A stretch of 63,054 nucleotides of DNA, filler included, from Nemertoderma westbladi (taxonomy: Eukaryota; Animalia; Xenacoelomorpha), in assembly GCA_032718475.1 (NCBI GenBank). It is 3 parts of 3 records of this genome, joined end to end, with 100 filler letters (N's around TTAATTAATTAA, not from the genome) between each part and the next. Parts side by side here need not be neighbours in the genome. Positions count along the whole stretch, not along the records: positions 1 to 29,393 come from JAUCBJ010003710.1; positions 29,494 to 56,610 come from JAUCBJ010000164.1; 1 more part is not named here. The stretch is one strand, 5' to 3'. Under the pieces are notes generated by a model. That model had not been told where the DNA came from. It worked only from the letters and a program-made list of their open reading frames with translations, and ran no database searches. The translations under genes were made by a program, and so were the position numbers. Shown in pieces: positions 27,745 through 39,581 of this stretch. Every line of letters begins with the position of its first letter. The stretch's first letter is position 1.

Positions 27745-28212
27745 TTATTTGTTTATTTGAACATAAGCAAAGCAGTTCGAACAGTCTTCGGGCAGAAACA
27801 GATTCACATAGTCCAGTAATGAAAAGTTAGCTGTGGAGATTCCATTTTTCCACCCAAGTGAACCTATAAATGAATAAGACTTACAAACATCCGATGACTC
27901 CGTAGCAACCACCCAACCATGCGCAGGTAAGAATTCTGGTAATGCATACAGTGATTCTGTATCTGAAATGCCGGATAAATTCTCGTCCATATTGCCGGTA
28001 TCGGTATCTTCCTCATCGCTGCTTGAGATAAACTCTCTATCGCTACCGGTACCGGTACTTCGGGAACTGGATGATTCCGAGTCGCTATCATCCGAATCGG
28101 AAGAATCAAAACCAAACCGATTCAATTGCGTGAGGTTTCGCTGCGCCTGCGGATATGTTTGAGGTTGAGCCATTCTGACCCCTACAATCTCATAAGTACA
28201 TAAAACAGCCAT
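27745..28212 (-). pseudogene. piggyBac-like transposase N-terminal fragment
   Basis: Acidic Ser/Asp tract, then W...F.G..G...SLLDYVNLFLPED, resembling PGBD4-like N-termini. No catalytic domain follows. Confidence 0.5.
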
Positions 28213-28403
28213 ATTTTCATAGTTTACAGGCTACGGTACTAACCTACATATTTTCATAGTTTACAGGCTACTGTACTAACTAACATATTTTCATAGTTTA
28301 CAGGCTACTGTACTAACTAACATATTTTCATAGTTTACAGGCTACTGTACTAACTAACATATTTTCATAGTTTACAGGCTACTGTACTAACTAACATATT
28401 TTC
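28210..28403. repeat. 37-bp tandem repeat, ~5 copies
   Basis: catattttcatagtttacaggctactgtactaactaa at 28210, 28247, 28284, 28321 and 28358. Confidence 0.95.
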
Positions 28404-29393
28404 AGGGTATATCTTTTGCGTAGAGGTATAGCCTACATAGAGGCTTCATGTAGGTATGTGTAGCCTACATGTAGATGCACGTGTAGGGTGAATGTAGGTA
28501 GGTGTAGTCCCATAGATATTAATGTAATTTATGTGTCAACTTGCAGTAACGTGATACACGGTCGTCAATCAGGATGTATGGCAATAATCTCTGATCTCCA
28601 CGGTACAATACGGTACATCAACATGCAGACCTGTCTGCTGTCAGACAACAGGTTTTACTGCATACTGCAGTACTGTATAAATATCAAACATCGCGTTCTG
28701 ATTATACTAAAGTCCCTTACTCGTCATAAATATTATGCCCTAATAAATTTGAGTATGCTAACGCCACGAAAGGCATCATTCCATTAGATTAACTCGTTCT
28801 GATTTATATGTTTATTGAGTAAGAGTAACCTAAACAATAACAGCCATCATCGCGGGGATTATAGTCTACCAGAAACCCTGACCCCCCCCTGCCCCTCTTT
28901 ATCTGTTTATCAACCATACATCCATGGGACTTGAACAGTACTTCAGCATTGAAATGTTTTGGACGTTTTGTTTTGAAAGTAAAAATATAGAAGTCTGGAA
29001 GTTTTGTTTGTTTTAATTTTTCAGGCAGTCACATTCCACCAACCAGCAACAGTCCCATCCCTTCCCACTATCCCGCGGACCACCACACTGTTTCATTATA
29101 AAGTATTCCCATCTCGATGATGGGAATTAATCAGTAATCCGATGGGATTCAAATCCCATCTCGAAGTAACAGCAAAACAATAACACGAAAGTCAATAGCT
29201 TTACAGTTATATTTGATTGCATTGAAAGTTAATAGAAAGAAGAAGGCCACAGCAAGATTTATAAAATGAAAAATAAGTAAAATCAGCACAGCACACAATA
29301 TTATCAATATAGACATTGAAGACAATTTAATAAACAAATACTATAAAAAAATATCTACTAACAATCAATACATGATATATATAATATATATAA

Positions 29394-29493
29394 NNNNNNN
29401 NNNNNNNNNNNNNNNNNNNNNNNNNNNNNNNNNNNNNTTAATTAATTAANNNNNNNNNNNNNNNNNNNNNNNNNNNNNNNNNNNNNNNNNNNN
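29394..29493. other. Assembly gap with artificial TTAATTAATTAA spacer
   Basis: N-run / TTAATTAATTAA / N-run, 100 bp in total, same layout as 56611-56710. Confidence 0.97.
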
Positions 29494-29848
29494 TGTCATG
29501 TATTTCTAATGGCGCCGTTTTAACTGCACCGGAGTGATTTTGTACAGGAACTATAGATGTTGGAAGACATAAAGGATGCCATCGTGGGTCAACGTGCGGT
29601 TGAAGAAGTTTCGCCGCTTTGAAGATACGTAGATTACAGAGCGCTATATACACGTCGCAGAGACGGCAACCCTTCAATCCGGCTATGTGGATTATGCGAC
29701 TTGCCCTATTATCAGTGATTTCTATAGGTGGGATTCCCAACTGCGCCCCTAAGGCAAGGTAAACCTCGGGATCCCCCAATGAATCAACTATTTTGTAAGT
29801 CTCAAAGAGCGGCCTAGTTAGCCGTACATCTTCGAGGAAGATAACCAT
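29494..29848 (-). CDS. N-terminal death-domain-like protein (Pelle/IRAK/Tube-like), truncated by the gap
   Basis: Helical pattern YLALGAQLGIPPIEI...IIHIAGLKGCRLCDVYIALCNLRIFKAAKLLQPHV resembles death-domain helices 2-6. The frame is open from the ATG into the N-run. Confidence 0.5.
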
Positions 29849-29918
29849 GATTACTACTACATTTAGAACATCACAATGAAAATGTACCCGTACGCAGTTT
29901 TAGTACTGGTGGTATGGC

Positions 29919-30203
29919 TGTTCGCGCTTTTAGACCTTTAGCAGTTTAACCTGCCAATTTTAGTTGTCCTCTTGTTTATAAATCGACTTTAGCCTTTTAC
30001 CAATTACCTAGTGTACTGAAGTTACATCAGCCGAAGCCAGTCCGTGCGCGGCGTATGACCCACGGTGTGGGAGACTGGATTCGGATTCCTTGGGAATTAT
30101 TGCAGTGTAGACCTACTGTATTATTCGATTGATCGCTACTATATAATCTCTGACAACTATATTCACTTTCGGGGAAATATTAACAGTTCCTTTAGGACGT
30201 GGC
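29919..30203 (-). mobile_element. Solo LTR hosting the nested insertion, 3' part
   Basis: Begins TGTTCGCGCT and is preceded by TSD ATGGC (29914-29918); a diverged relative of the inner LTRs. Confidence 0.9.
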
Positions 30204-31460
30204 TGTAAAAGCCTTTGCTGAATTGCCCCGTTATTTTTATTATCTTTTACATTAAAATACTCTGTAGTTGATTTAATAAGTGTAAGAGACCGTATTATTG
30301 CTGTATCGGTGTTTTTAGAGGATCTAAGACCTATTTCCTCCGTATGTGTACTGTGAAAGGCATATTTTATGATTCTATGGCAATTCGTGACGCAAAAGGG
30401 TGATAGCTACTCTTGAACAGTAGTTACTATGACTACGGTTAACAGCTGACATTCATACGTGTTGATTTCCTTTGTTCTACGGCGTCTCTCAGTTCAGTCA
30501 GCCAATTAGAGCGTTTTTGTGGCTCCTTGTACAGAAAATTTCCGAGAAATGACGCAATGCCTATGTACAGTGTTTACATTCAGTCCTGAGCCTAAGAAAG
30601 AACGGCTTGGAAGTATTTTGTGCCTTACTGTTTTTAGTCTTACACTAGTAGGTTTAATTATAAAGGGCATATATCCTTTAACCTAACGCTACTGACCTGC
30701 GGCCCCAACGACTACTGCGGACTGCTAACTGATCATACATCCTGACTGCTGAAACATTGCAAACTCGTAACAATCAGTGTTCAGTTGTTGTTTTATACTG
30801 CTATTTACTGTCAGTTCTTCATAATATGGTTGATGCATTATTATATTTGGAATAACGATAAATAACCCCGCAACCCAATATTCTTGATATACCGAAGGTA
30901 AGAGAGAAAGGTTACCAATAACGATTGTGACTTATGTTAAAGTGGTTTGAAGTGAATCTAATGTTATTTGATAGACCCTACATGAGTCAGCCTGTGTTCC
31001 TTTTATATGTGACTAAAATCAGTGAAGATTGGCAGATTAGTGTGCAGTATTGTGCAGCATTGTGTATGAGTGAGTCTGTTAAAGAAGCAATTCCTAAAGA
31101 ATGCGCCATATATGTGAATTATAATTAAGCCATATCGTTGTGAGTAGTTTAAGTCATAACTCTGTTTATATAGATAAAGCGCCACGTCCTAAAGGAACTG
31201 TTAATATTACCGAAGGTGAATAATATTGTCAGAGATTATATAGTACTGTCAGTCGAATAATACATTAGGCTTACATAGCAATAAAATTAAACCGTCGAAC
31301 CCAATCTCCCGGGAATATCCAGCGGGTGAATGGTCGCGCACGGATTGGTTTCGACTAGTGTAGTGAATCAAATACTTGTCATAGACTAAAAACAGATTTA
31401 ATATCTAGAAGACATCTTGATTTGGTGGGTTAAACTGCCAAAGGTCTGAAAGCGCGAACA
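30204..31460 (+). repeat. 5' LTR (1257 bp)
   Basis: TGTAAAAGCC...GCGCGAACA; differs from the 3' LTR at only a handful of positions by eye. Confidence 0.97.
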
Positions 31461-31744
31461 TTAAAGGATATAGCTTCTTTATTGCAGTAAGCAATAAAGT
31501 CGAAAGTACCGGTCGACCGGTAACCAGTAGGCCTGACTGCCTGATCATCCGGACCGGTACCTACAACAGTACAGGTACAGCAGTATTATTCGATTTGATT
31601 ATATATGCCGATAGGTCTTAATAATTAATCGGGGACGCCTGGTTTTTATTGGGATTTTACTTAGGCCTATTTCTGTCAGTTTTATTTGTTTGTAGGCCAG
31701 TATTGAACAGAAGGCGTGTAAACCTGATCAGATTGTACAGACAA

Positions 31745-32315
31745 TTTGTAGGCTGAGCTGTTGTCTGATTGCTGTTAAGTCTGAACGGATTACAGTGTGT
31801 GTAGAGCACTTGTCCGATTAAGTACGGTTAGGAAGTAGGGGCAGCCAATGCGGTAAGGTAAACCCCCAACTAAAGAATAAGTCGCACTACTGGGTTAGAG
31901 CGCATACTCCCTAATCATTTCGGAGTCTGCATGTCCTGTGGTTTATTTAGGCTTGAGAGTAGTCTGCCATCGTTTAGTCTGTACTTTGTTTGTGTAAGTC
32001 TGTACGGGTAGTGTATAATTTTATTTAAATAATTTGTAGGCTGGATAGTTGTCTGGCTGTTATTAAGTCTGAACGGATTGCCGCGTGTGTAGATCATCTG
32101 TCCGATTAAGTACGATTAGGCAGTAGGGGCAGCGAACGCTGTAAGGTAAACCCCCAACTAAAGAATAAGTCGCACTACTGGGTTAGAGCGCATACTCCCT
32201 AATCATTTCGGAGTCTGCATATACCGTAGTTTGTTTAGGCTTGATAGTAGTCTGTCAGTGTTCGGTCTGTATTTTGTTTGAGTAGTTTGTACGCGTAGCG
32301 TAATATTTATTATTC
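31745..32315 (+). repeat. ~290-bp tandem duplication in the element leader, with an invariant ~80-nt core
   Basis: gtaaggtaaacccccaactaaagaataagtcgcactactgggttagagcgcatactccctaatcatttcggagtctgcat is identical in both units while the flanks diverge. Confidence 0.9.
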
Positions 32316-33623
32316 AGAGTTTATGCGATTATTCGCAACATTCAAGTCCCCAAGTTTGTTCCTACAGTAATTGTGTTTGTTATACATACCGCTATAGTTA
32401 AATTAACCCCGGTACTACACGGGCTGCTCGGCGTAGGTAAAGACTGGTGATTTTGTGCATCGGTCACTCCAGCAGATGCCGTGGTTCTTTTAGCTGTTCA
32501 AGTATATTTAACTACTGATTATTTGTTGTACAAGTACTTGTACCTAATTTAGGGTTTAGTGTACAGTGCTTTCCGAAGTAATTATTGTAGACATTATATC
32601 TGTGTTGTAAAGTGGTTGATAGGCACATTCGATTAGCTCTATTAACTTCTAGGTAGGAACACTCCGTGATACATAACGTAGAACCTATAGCGATACGGCT
32701 ATAGGTCGTCAGGCGGTGGTATTTTCCTATCTAGACAACGCAGTGTATTTACTACTACTTATTATTTCAAATACCGTAGTACTCTGTCCGTTGTAATAAC
32801 CGGTTATCTAACCCTTTGTTAGGCTGGTTTGTAGACTTCTTGTAAAATTACCCTAAAAAATTCGTATTTGTGTTTTTGTAAATTTTTGTGTTTATTTAGA
32901 GATTGTAATCTCAACCCGAATTGTACGTAATTTGTAGTATTAAGTAACTTAGGTAAATTAGTATTATTTGTTTTAGTGTCTTATAAGTAACACTTCATTG
33001 AAAGCGCACCGCTTTGTGTAGTGATTACCCCTCAGAAATAATAACATTTATTTCAAACATTGACAAAACCCATTAAAACGGGTATATATATATTATAAAT
33101 CAAATCTAACGATTTATAAATAGTAGGCCTACCATATAACAACTAGGTCTCCATATCAGTTGGACTACTGCTCAAATAACGGTAATAAAGTAAGTAAAGT
33201 AACAAAGTAACCCTAAAGTAACAGAAATTCAATTATTTGAAATAATTGATATACCGGTATTTACGATAGGCCTATTATCTTTATTTCTATAAATCTAGGC
33301 TGAAATTATACCGGTACTTGTAATTAATTCTATTTCAGAATTATATATCCTACAAACTGTAAGCTGTATACCGGTATTCCCGATAGGCCTATTATATATT
33401 TATATATATTTGTGCTAAAATTATACCGGTATTCTGTGATAAACCTAGTCTGTAATAATAGTTATATATACTATAAGCATACCGGTATTCTAATATATTA
33501 TATATATCACGCTACACTGAGTAGCAGTATCGGTAATTAATTACTAGGCTAGCAGTTAATACTGAATTACTAGACTTGCTTAGACTGTAATATAGCAGTA
33601 GGCATTCAACTGTACAAACAAAA

Positions 33624-36600
33624 ATGTCTGACACAAAACGGGCACTGTCAGATAGTCTTTTGAAAGGTATTAGAATCAGCCTTAGACTTGGACAGTATCT
33701 TGAAAAGATAGAAGCGGAAAGAAAAGCAGCAGCGGCAGCTGCAGAAGCGGAAAGAGAGGTGCAGCAGCGGGTCCGGGAGTTGGAAGAGACTGTTCAACAG
33801 CTAAAGGGAACCGTAAGAGAAAGTAAGTTAGAATTACAGGAAGTGCAGCAAAGTATCGCTTTAGAATGCGATAAATTAGTAAATACACAAAAGGGTATAC
33901 CACCACCCCCTGTAACAATGTGTCAACCCGTTAGGTCTGAAGTATCCCATGCGCAAGGTGTGGAGCCTACACGCATCTATACTGCTAGCGAAATAGAAAC
34001 TCCTATAGTGAACCCTATTAAGGGTAATTATAGACCTGTTGATAATGATATTCCATATAGAACTGATCATAATCCGAGAAATTTATATGCCGATAACTCG
34101 ATATTAAATAGCACGATGGCCCAAGAAAGTTTTACGCGTCAAATGGCTAGAACCGAAGCCCGGCAAGCGGTAAAGGTGGGAGAGATCGTTAAGTTCAATG
34201 GAGATGAGATGAAATGGTTACCTTTTAATGAATATTACAAAGATAACATACAGAACTCCGTACTATATAATGGAGAAAAACTTAGATACCTCATCGAGTG
34301 CTTGGAAGGATCTCCCAAGTTAATGGCGTTAAGGTTTATTGGACATCCAGACGGATTAAGACAAGTTTGGGATACATTAAACATCAGGTATGGTAATAGG
34401 AATAACATAGCTGGGTATTTGTATGCAAAATTAATGGCGCCCCGAAAGTTTCTTAGCAGCGGGATTATAGAGTTTTCCGATGAGATTCAGGAGATCTGTA
34501 GACAATTAGATTGGCTAGGTAAGTCTCATGAATACCAGAATTCTATGGTTGTAAGAGCCTTAGCATCTGCTTTGCCCAAGGGTGGAGTAGGTACACGCTG
34601 GGATAAGAAGGTGTTATATATGATGGAACAACAACGACGAGACCCTACCATGACTGATCTCATGTCATTCTTAGATAGAGAAGTGAAATTACAGCTCCTA
34701 AGGCAGTCCAGAGAGAAGACATTGGAAAACAAGGTAAGTGAGAAACCCGTTTCTAGGAGAAGGGTAACACCAGTATGTTATACCGACGACGGTGAAAGCC
34801 AAACCTCTCAAGGAGAGGACAGCGGGAAAGACACTGACAGGCCTTATTATGTCAATAAAATGCCTAAAGAACAGGTAAGTAAATCCAAGTCTCGACCCAA
34901 TGACAGAAAGGAACCGGTACAAAAAACCCCTCCTACGTCTCCTAAAGGAATTCAGGTGAGAAAGCCCGAGGAAAGAACAAGTGTGCACCACATAGCACAG
35001 GTTAAAGTAAGTAACATCAAGCCGAAATGTGTGCTGTGCGACGGGCCCCACCGTTTAAATGCTTGTGATAAATTCCTGAGGAAATCACTCGAGGATAGAC
35101 GTGAAGTCATGTGGGATAAGCGGTTGTGTTATAATTGCCTCAGACGAGGACACCAACGGCGAACCTGTAACTCCGACGCAAGGTGTGCAAAGTGCGGCGC
35201 AAAACATCATATCTTGTTGCACACGGAATTCGAACGAAACAGCCCGAGTCAGGTAAGTGAGTCCGAACTACATGTCCAATTCAGTGATGTGAACGACACT
35301 GATCAATCTGAGATGGAAGGATTCTATACGGACGAGTTCTCCGACCAAAACGAATCCTGTTACCTAATAAACACCACCGCAGTGTATCGAGCACTCGTGT
35401 ATGAGAAAGACACAGACAGCGACCTTACCTTAACTACTTCCGATCAACAACCATCTTGGAAAGCGCCAACTTCCAATATAGGAATCCGAGAATTTCCTGT
35501 AGTCCAGTTACGGGTCCACGGACCTCAGAAGAGCTATATAGTGAACGCCCTCCTGGACTCCGGTAGCACAGGAACATTCATCGATAGGGAACTAGCCGAA
35601 GTCATCTTTGCTGGACAACCCAAGTTCCGAACCAAGCTAAACCTGTCAGGGATCATGCAGGTTTGGAATTCTACTGTAGCTGCCGACTATTATATATGTG
35701 AGTTGTCCACCCCCCAGGACGAACTAGGAGAACATAGCATCAGGTCAGTGAAAATGGTGGCTATAAAGAACTTCGCTACTACTCAAGCAGACCTTTATAA
35801 TTGGGACGAGGATGAGAGCATCCAACATCTTAACATACCTCGATTCCAGACTGATTATCCTGGAGTGCAAATACTCATCGGCCAAAACGCGCATGAGGCG
35901 CTGGAGACATTAGAGAAACGGCCTGCTCAACCGCGGCCCCTACAGACCTATACGGTAAGAACTAGAGTAGGTTGGTACCTTACTGGACCTTCCCGTAGAA
36001 CGCTCAGGGAAAGACTGCTTCAAGATCGCGTCTGCCAGGTGAGTGAATGGGAAGATGATACTAGTGAGGGAGACGACCCAACTGAGGGAACACCACACTC
36101 CTCAGATAATGACAATCTTAGCTCCAATGTAGATCAATGGAGATATTGCCCCAAGAAGTTTAATCCAACGGACATCGCTTCCAGAGGAGCAACTCCTCAA
36201 GAACTGACAGATACTATAGACCGGTTAGGTGAACCCGACTTCCTGAGTAAGGAGAATGAATGGCCTCCCCATCTTACTCCGACTGAGATTAGACCAGCCA
36301 AGGGAGCGGAGAAAGTCGAACCTGAAACCCGGACGGGTGGATCGGAGTTATTTGAACCCGGGATAGATCTGTCGGTATTACATGTTGTCAGGGACGACGC
36401 CGTGGATCTGGGCCTCCCCTCCGCGAGTGGATCCTTCATGAAGATCAGAGAGAGCGATTGGAGCTCTGGAACATCAGACGTCTCGCAGGGACTCTCACCT
36501 CTCCTGCAGAGAGCGACGGACCACTATAGCTCCTGGAATCGGCTTTGTGACGCCGTCATATACTTTGAGCGATGTTTCTATCGTCACTATTCCAGGACGA

Positions 36601-36767
36601 AGAGGAAACCTGGAATTGTATTCAGGATGCAGCGACTCAATCACCCAGTCGGTCGTTTGTGTTTATCGGAAGGGAATGGAGGACTCTCCGGAAACTGTGG
36701 AAGACAAGATTCTCATCCCACGACCACCTCCCTAATCCTTCAAACATCTAGGGACTCCATAACATAG
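33624..36767 (+). CDS. gag: BEL/Pao Gag-protease polyprotein with an RNase H tail remnant; RT and integrase absent (1047 aa)
   Basis: Coiled-coil N-terminus and a DUF1759-like KFNGD..KW...KLRYL segment. Three knuckles (CVLCDGPHRLNAC, CYNCLRRGHQRRTC, CAKCGAKHHILLH) and a protease (LLDSGS...ILIG, TRVGW). The sequence then jumps directly to QWRY....NPTDIASRG with no YxDD. Confidence 0.93.
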   Translation: MSDTKRALSDSLLKGIRISLRLGQYLEKIEAERKAAAAAAEAEREVQQRVRELEETVQQLKGTVRESKLELQEVQQSIALECDKLVNTQKGIPPPPVTMCQPVRSEVSHAQGVEPTRIYTASEIETPIVNPIKGNYRPVDNDIPYRTDHNPRNLYADNSILNSTMAQESFTRQMARTEARQAVKVGEIVKFNGDEMKWLPFNEYYKDNIQNSVLYNGEKLRYLIECLEGSPKLMALRFIGHPDGLRQVWDTLNIRYGNRNNIAGYLYAKLMAPRKFLSSGIIEFSDEIQEICRQLDWLGKSHEYQNSMVVRALASALPKGGVGTRWDKKVLYMMEQQRRDPTMTDLMSFLDREVKLQLLRQSREKTLENKVSEKPVSRRRVTPVCYTDDGESQTSQGEDSGKDTDRPYYVNKMPKEQVSKSKSRPNDRKEPVQKTPPTSPKGIQVRKPEERTSVHHIAQVKVSNIKPKCVLCDGPHRLNACDKFLRKSLEDRREVMWDKRLCYNCLRRGHQRRTCNSDARCAKCGAKHHILLHTEFERNSPSQVSESELHVQFSDVNDTDQSEMEGFYTDEFSDQNESCYLINTTAVYRALVYEKDTDSDLTLTTSDQQPSWKAPTSNIGIREFPVVQLRVHGPQKSYIVNALLDSGSTGTFIDRELAEVIFAGQPKFRTKLNLSGIMQVWNSTVAADYYICELSTPQDELGEHSIRSVKMVAIKNFATTQADLYNWDEDESIQHLNIPRFQTDYPGVQILIGQNAHEALETLEKRPAQPRPLQTYTVRTRVGWYLTGPSRRTLRERLLQDRVCQVSEWEDDTSEGDDPTEGTPHSSDNDNLSSNVDQWRYCPKKFNPTDIASRGATPQELTDTIDRLGEPDFLSKENEWPPHLTPTEIRPAKGAEKVEPETRTGGSELFEPGIDLSVLHVVRDDAVDLGLPSASGSFMKIRESDWSSGTSDVSQGLSPLLQRATDHYSSWNRLCDAVIYFERCFYRHYSRTKRKPGIVFRMQRLNHPVGRLCLSEGNGGLSGNCGRQDSHPTTTSLILQTSRDSIT

Positions 36768-39581
36768 CAACATATGGAGTGGGTGTGTGACTCTATTATT
36801 TTATATTATTTTATTATTTTTATATTTACGTATGTATTACTATGTAATTTTATTATAATCGTTTTCTTTAATTTTATTCAGTAGAATGTTATTTTAGCGA
36901 TTATTTAGTAGATTAGTGCAATATATTCGTGTTTATTACGTACATACTTACTTATATTATATTTAGTGCGACGGCGAAGAAATAATTATTTTTTCTCTTT
37001 CCTTACTGTCCGTATTATATTATAAATACGTAACTACAGTAAGATGAAATGTCTGTACTTATTAAAGTACAATAAAGCCACTACTATATTTAAGTATTAT
37101 TGGTAGGCAGAGTATTAGGAATGCAAAGTTCAGATCCTCGTGTCTCGGCTAAACCAAGCTCTGGGTAGACCTTGGAAACGACTTGCCTCTTCACACTGAC
37201 ATTGCTTCGTGCGATATTGCTCTCATACCGTATATTAAATAATACATATAGTAGCGTGATGTCCCTTTAACAGTAGCGTATAACGCAAAATAAATCTGTT
37301 AAACCCTTTGACCATCTGTAATTCTAGTCGATTAAGATATCGCGGCACCCACCGATATACTTGAAAGACAAATTCTAGAATCAGTGGTTAACGTCCCCAG
37401 ACAAGTTCTGGAATAAATCGGTGCCCATCTCAAATATTAATTAATTAATATTTGCAAAATCTAATAAATCAAAATCTGTAAAATTCAGATCCTTCAATAA
37501 TTCTAGTCAATTAAGATATCGTAGTATTTACCGATATTCTTAAAAAGACAATTGTCATAGAATTAAGGATCTTGTGTCCCCAGACATGTTCTGGAATCCA
37601 AATATGTCCATTTAATTATCAAATAATAAAATTTCAGGGAATCAATTTAAATTCATGCCTTTTAATGAATTTAATAAATTGCCATTTTACGCAATTTATA
37701 AAGTTCCCAAAATTCCATTAATTAATAGATCAAGGGAGCGGAGATTTATCTTAGCATGCGTATGAGTGTGTGAAAGTCTCCCAAACATAGTCAATAGCCG
37801 ATAAAATTCATAAAGTCATGTATAAAACAGAACATTGACTATTAAAGAATTACTATTAAATAACATCCCAGATCTGTATGCATTGGAATCACCCTAATTC
37901 TACCGCTAGCTTTGCATAATGTCACCATAGCAACAACCACGCTAGAATTAGAATTGAGTTAAAAGAACAATAGAAAGCTTGTCCCATTGAATAGCATAGG
38001 GAATAAATAGCGCACTGCTAGTATCCAAGGATACATAATAATACAGTGACATTCTGGAAGGCATTGACTAACGGACAAGTGGCCCGAATGTGTGTAATTT
38101 GTGACAAGTTGTGTGTGTGGTATTTGTGAGTTTATAGGTGAATGTTACTGCTAAGGTGTGTTTACAGTAGCTAGTCGCAATCGTAAAAGTAACCTAACTC
38201 TCCAAGGAAACCTGAAGTACATCTAAGCCTTTGGGACGGACAGTTGAGTGACTTGTGCCGGTTGTCGTTGTCGTTGTGCGGCTACGTCGTTGGCGAAAGT
38301 ACAGCGGCGACGACACATCGGCGCTGAGGATCTCGTACTGTCCGGGGTTGATTGGGGTAGGCAGCGACGCCCGCTCGCCTAAATATAAACTCATTATAAT
38401 ATGGATAAACTCATATATAGCAGATATGACGGAGTTGATAGAAGATGGTCTTGTCATCCTATCGATTTACACAATACGGACTATGTCGACTATATATCCT
38501 GCCCAGCGGAGTCGGAACCATAAACGGAAATTCGAATGCGAAAATTCTATTCGAAATCGACTCGAAAGAAAAGACACTTAAGAAACAAATGGACGCGGTA
38601 ACTCCAACGTATATTTGGAATTCTTGATAGAAGCATTGTAACAACAAATAAATATCACCCGCGTTTACCCTACCAGACGTGCGTCTTTGGTATTATTACG
38701 ATAAATGCCCTAGACCCAACTAATAAACGGAAAGACATAAACATCCACGTAAACCGAAACTTGTTGACGTATCACCTATGCTCACTCGGCTCGAACGATC
38801 CTGGAGTAAACCTACGATCAGAGTCCCGGAATACTCGGTCAAACCTCCTCATTCCTTAGTTGGACCTCAGACCTGCGATCTTGGTGGTGTCGCGGATCCT
38901 CGCGGACTGTATTCACTGTTCAAAGATCTAGTGCTACCCTAACAATTAATCGGTAACACTCCGACAGTGATTTCTAGCTAGCCGCCCATCTTACCTAGCC
39001 GGATTGTGACGCGGACACCTAATATCACTATCCAACCGTATGGTCGTCCACGTTTAACGCGATACAACCCCTCATCAAGGTGAAGGAGAGCGTTGTACGA
39101 AACGAGTTAAACGCTATTTTATAAAGATCAAAAAGGAAACCTGCGTTTGTTCAGATAAACGTAAGTTATAACAGTGAGTCCAATCGATAAACGAATTGGC
39201 CTTATCTCAATTCGATTGGGAAATCCAGAATCTCTAAGAAGTTATCGAACTTGGACGATCCTATTCTCTGCGAGAGTTTTTGGATGAACGTATCCAGCTA
39301 CGAGCGGAGGAAAATCAGCTCGAGGAGAAGCATATCGAAACGGCAGATACCTCGACCACAATCCTACACCTTCTGATGCAATCATATTGCACCCTTCACC
39401 CAGGAGTTATGGCCCTCCTAGTAAAGTGGCTCCCCCCAAAGAGAAAAAGACTCTTGCTAGCCTCAAAAAACTGCGTAAACGCCGTCTGCGTAAGAAAGAC
39501 TAACTGTTTAGAGTATCTTTATGTTTTAGAAACTGTGATTTTTATATTTTATAGACTGAAAATCCCATTTTCTGGGAGCGG

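Noticed and set aside
29394-29493. TTAATTAATTAA motif between N-runs (also 56611-56710)
   Set aside because: Identical 100-bp artificial gap spacer with stops in all frames; not biological.
30199-30203. Shared TGGC in the two TSDs as a target-site preference
   Set aside because: Only two sites, the elements are in opposite orientation, and the third LTR is flanked by CCAGG.
30934-31185. Small ORFs recurring at 26859-27119, 30934-31185 and 40314-40565
   Set aside because: They recur only because they lie in LTR copies; no domain signal.
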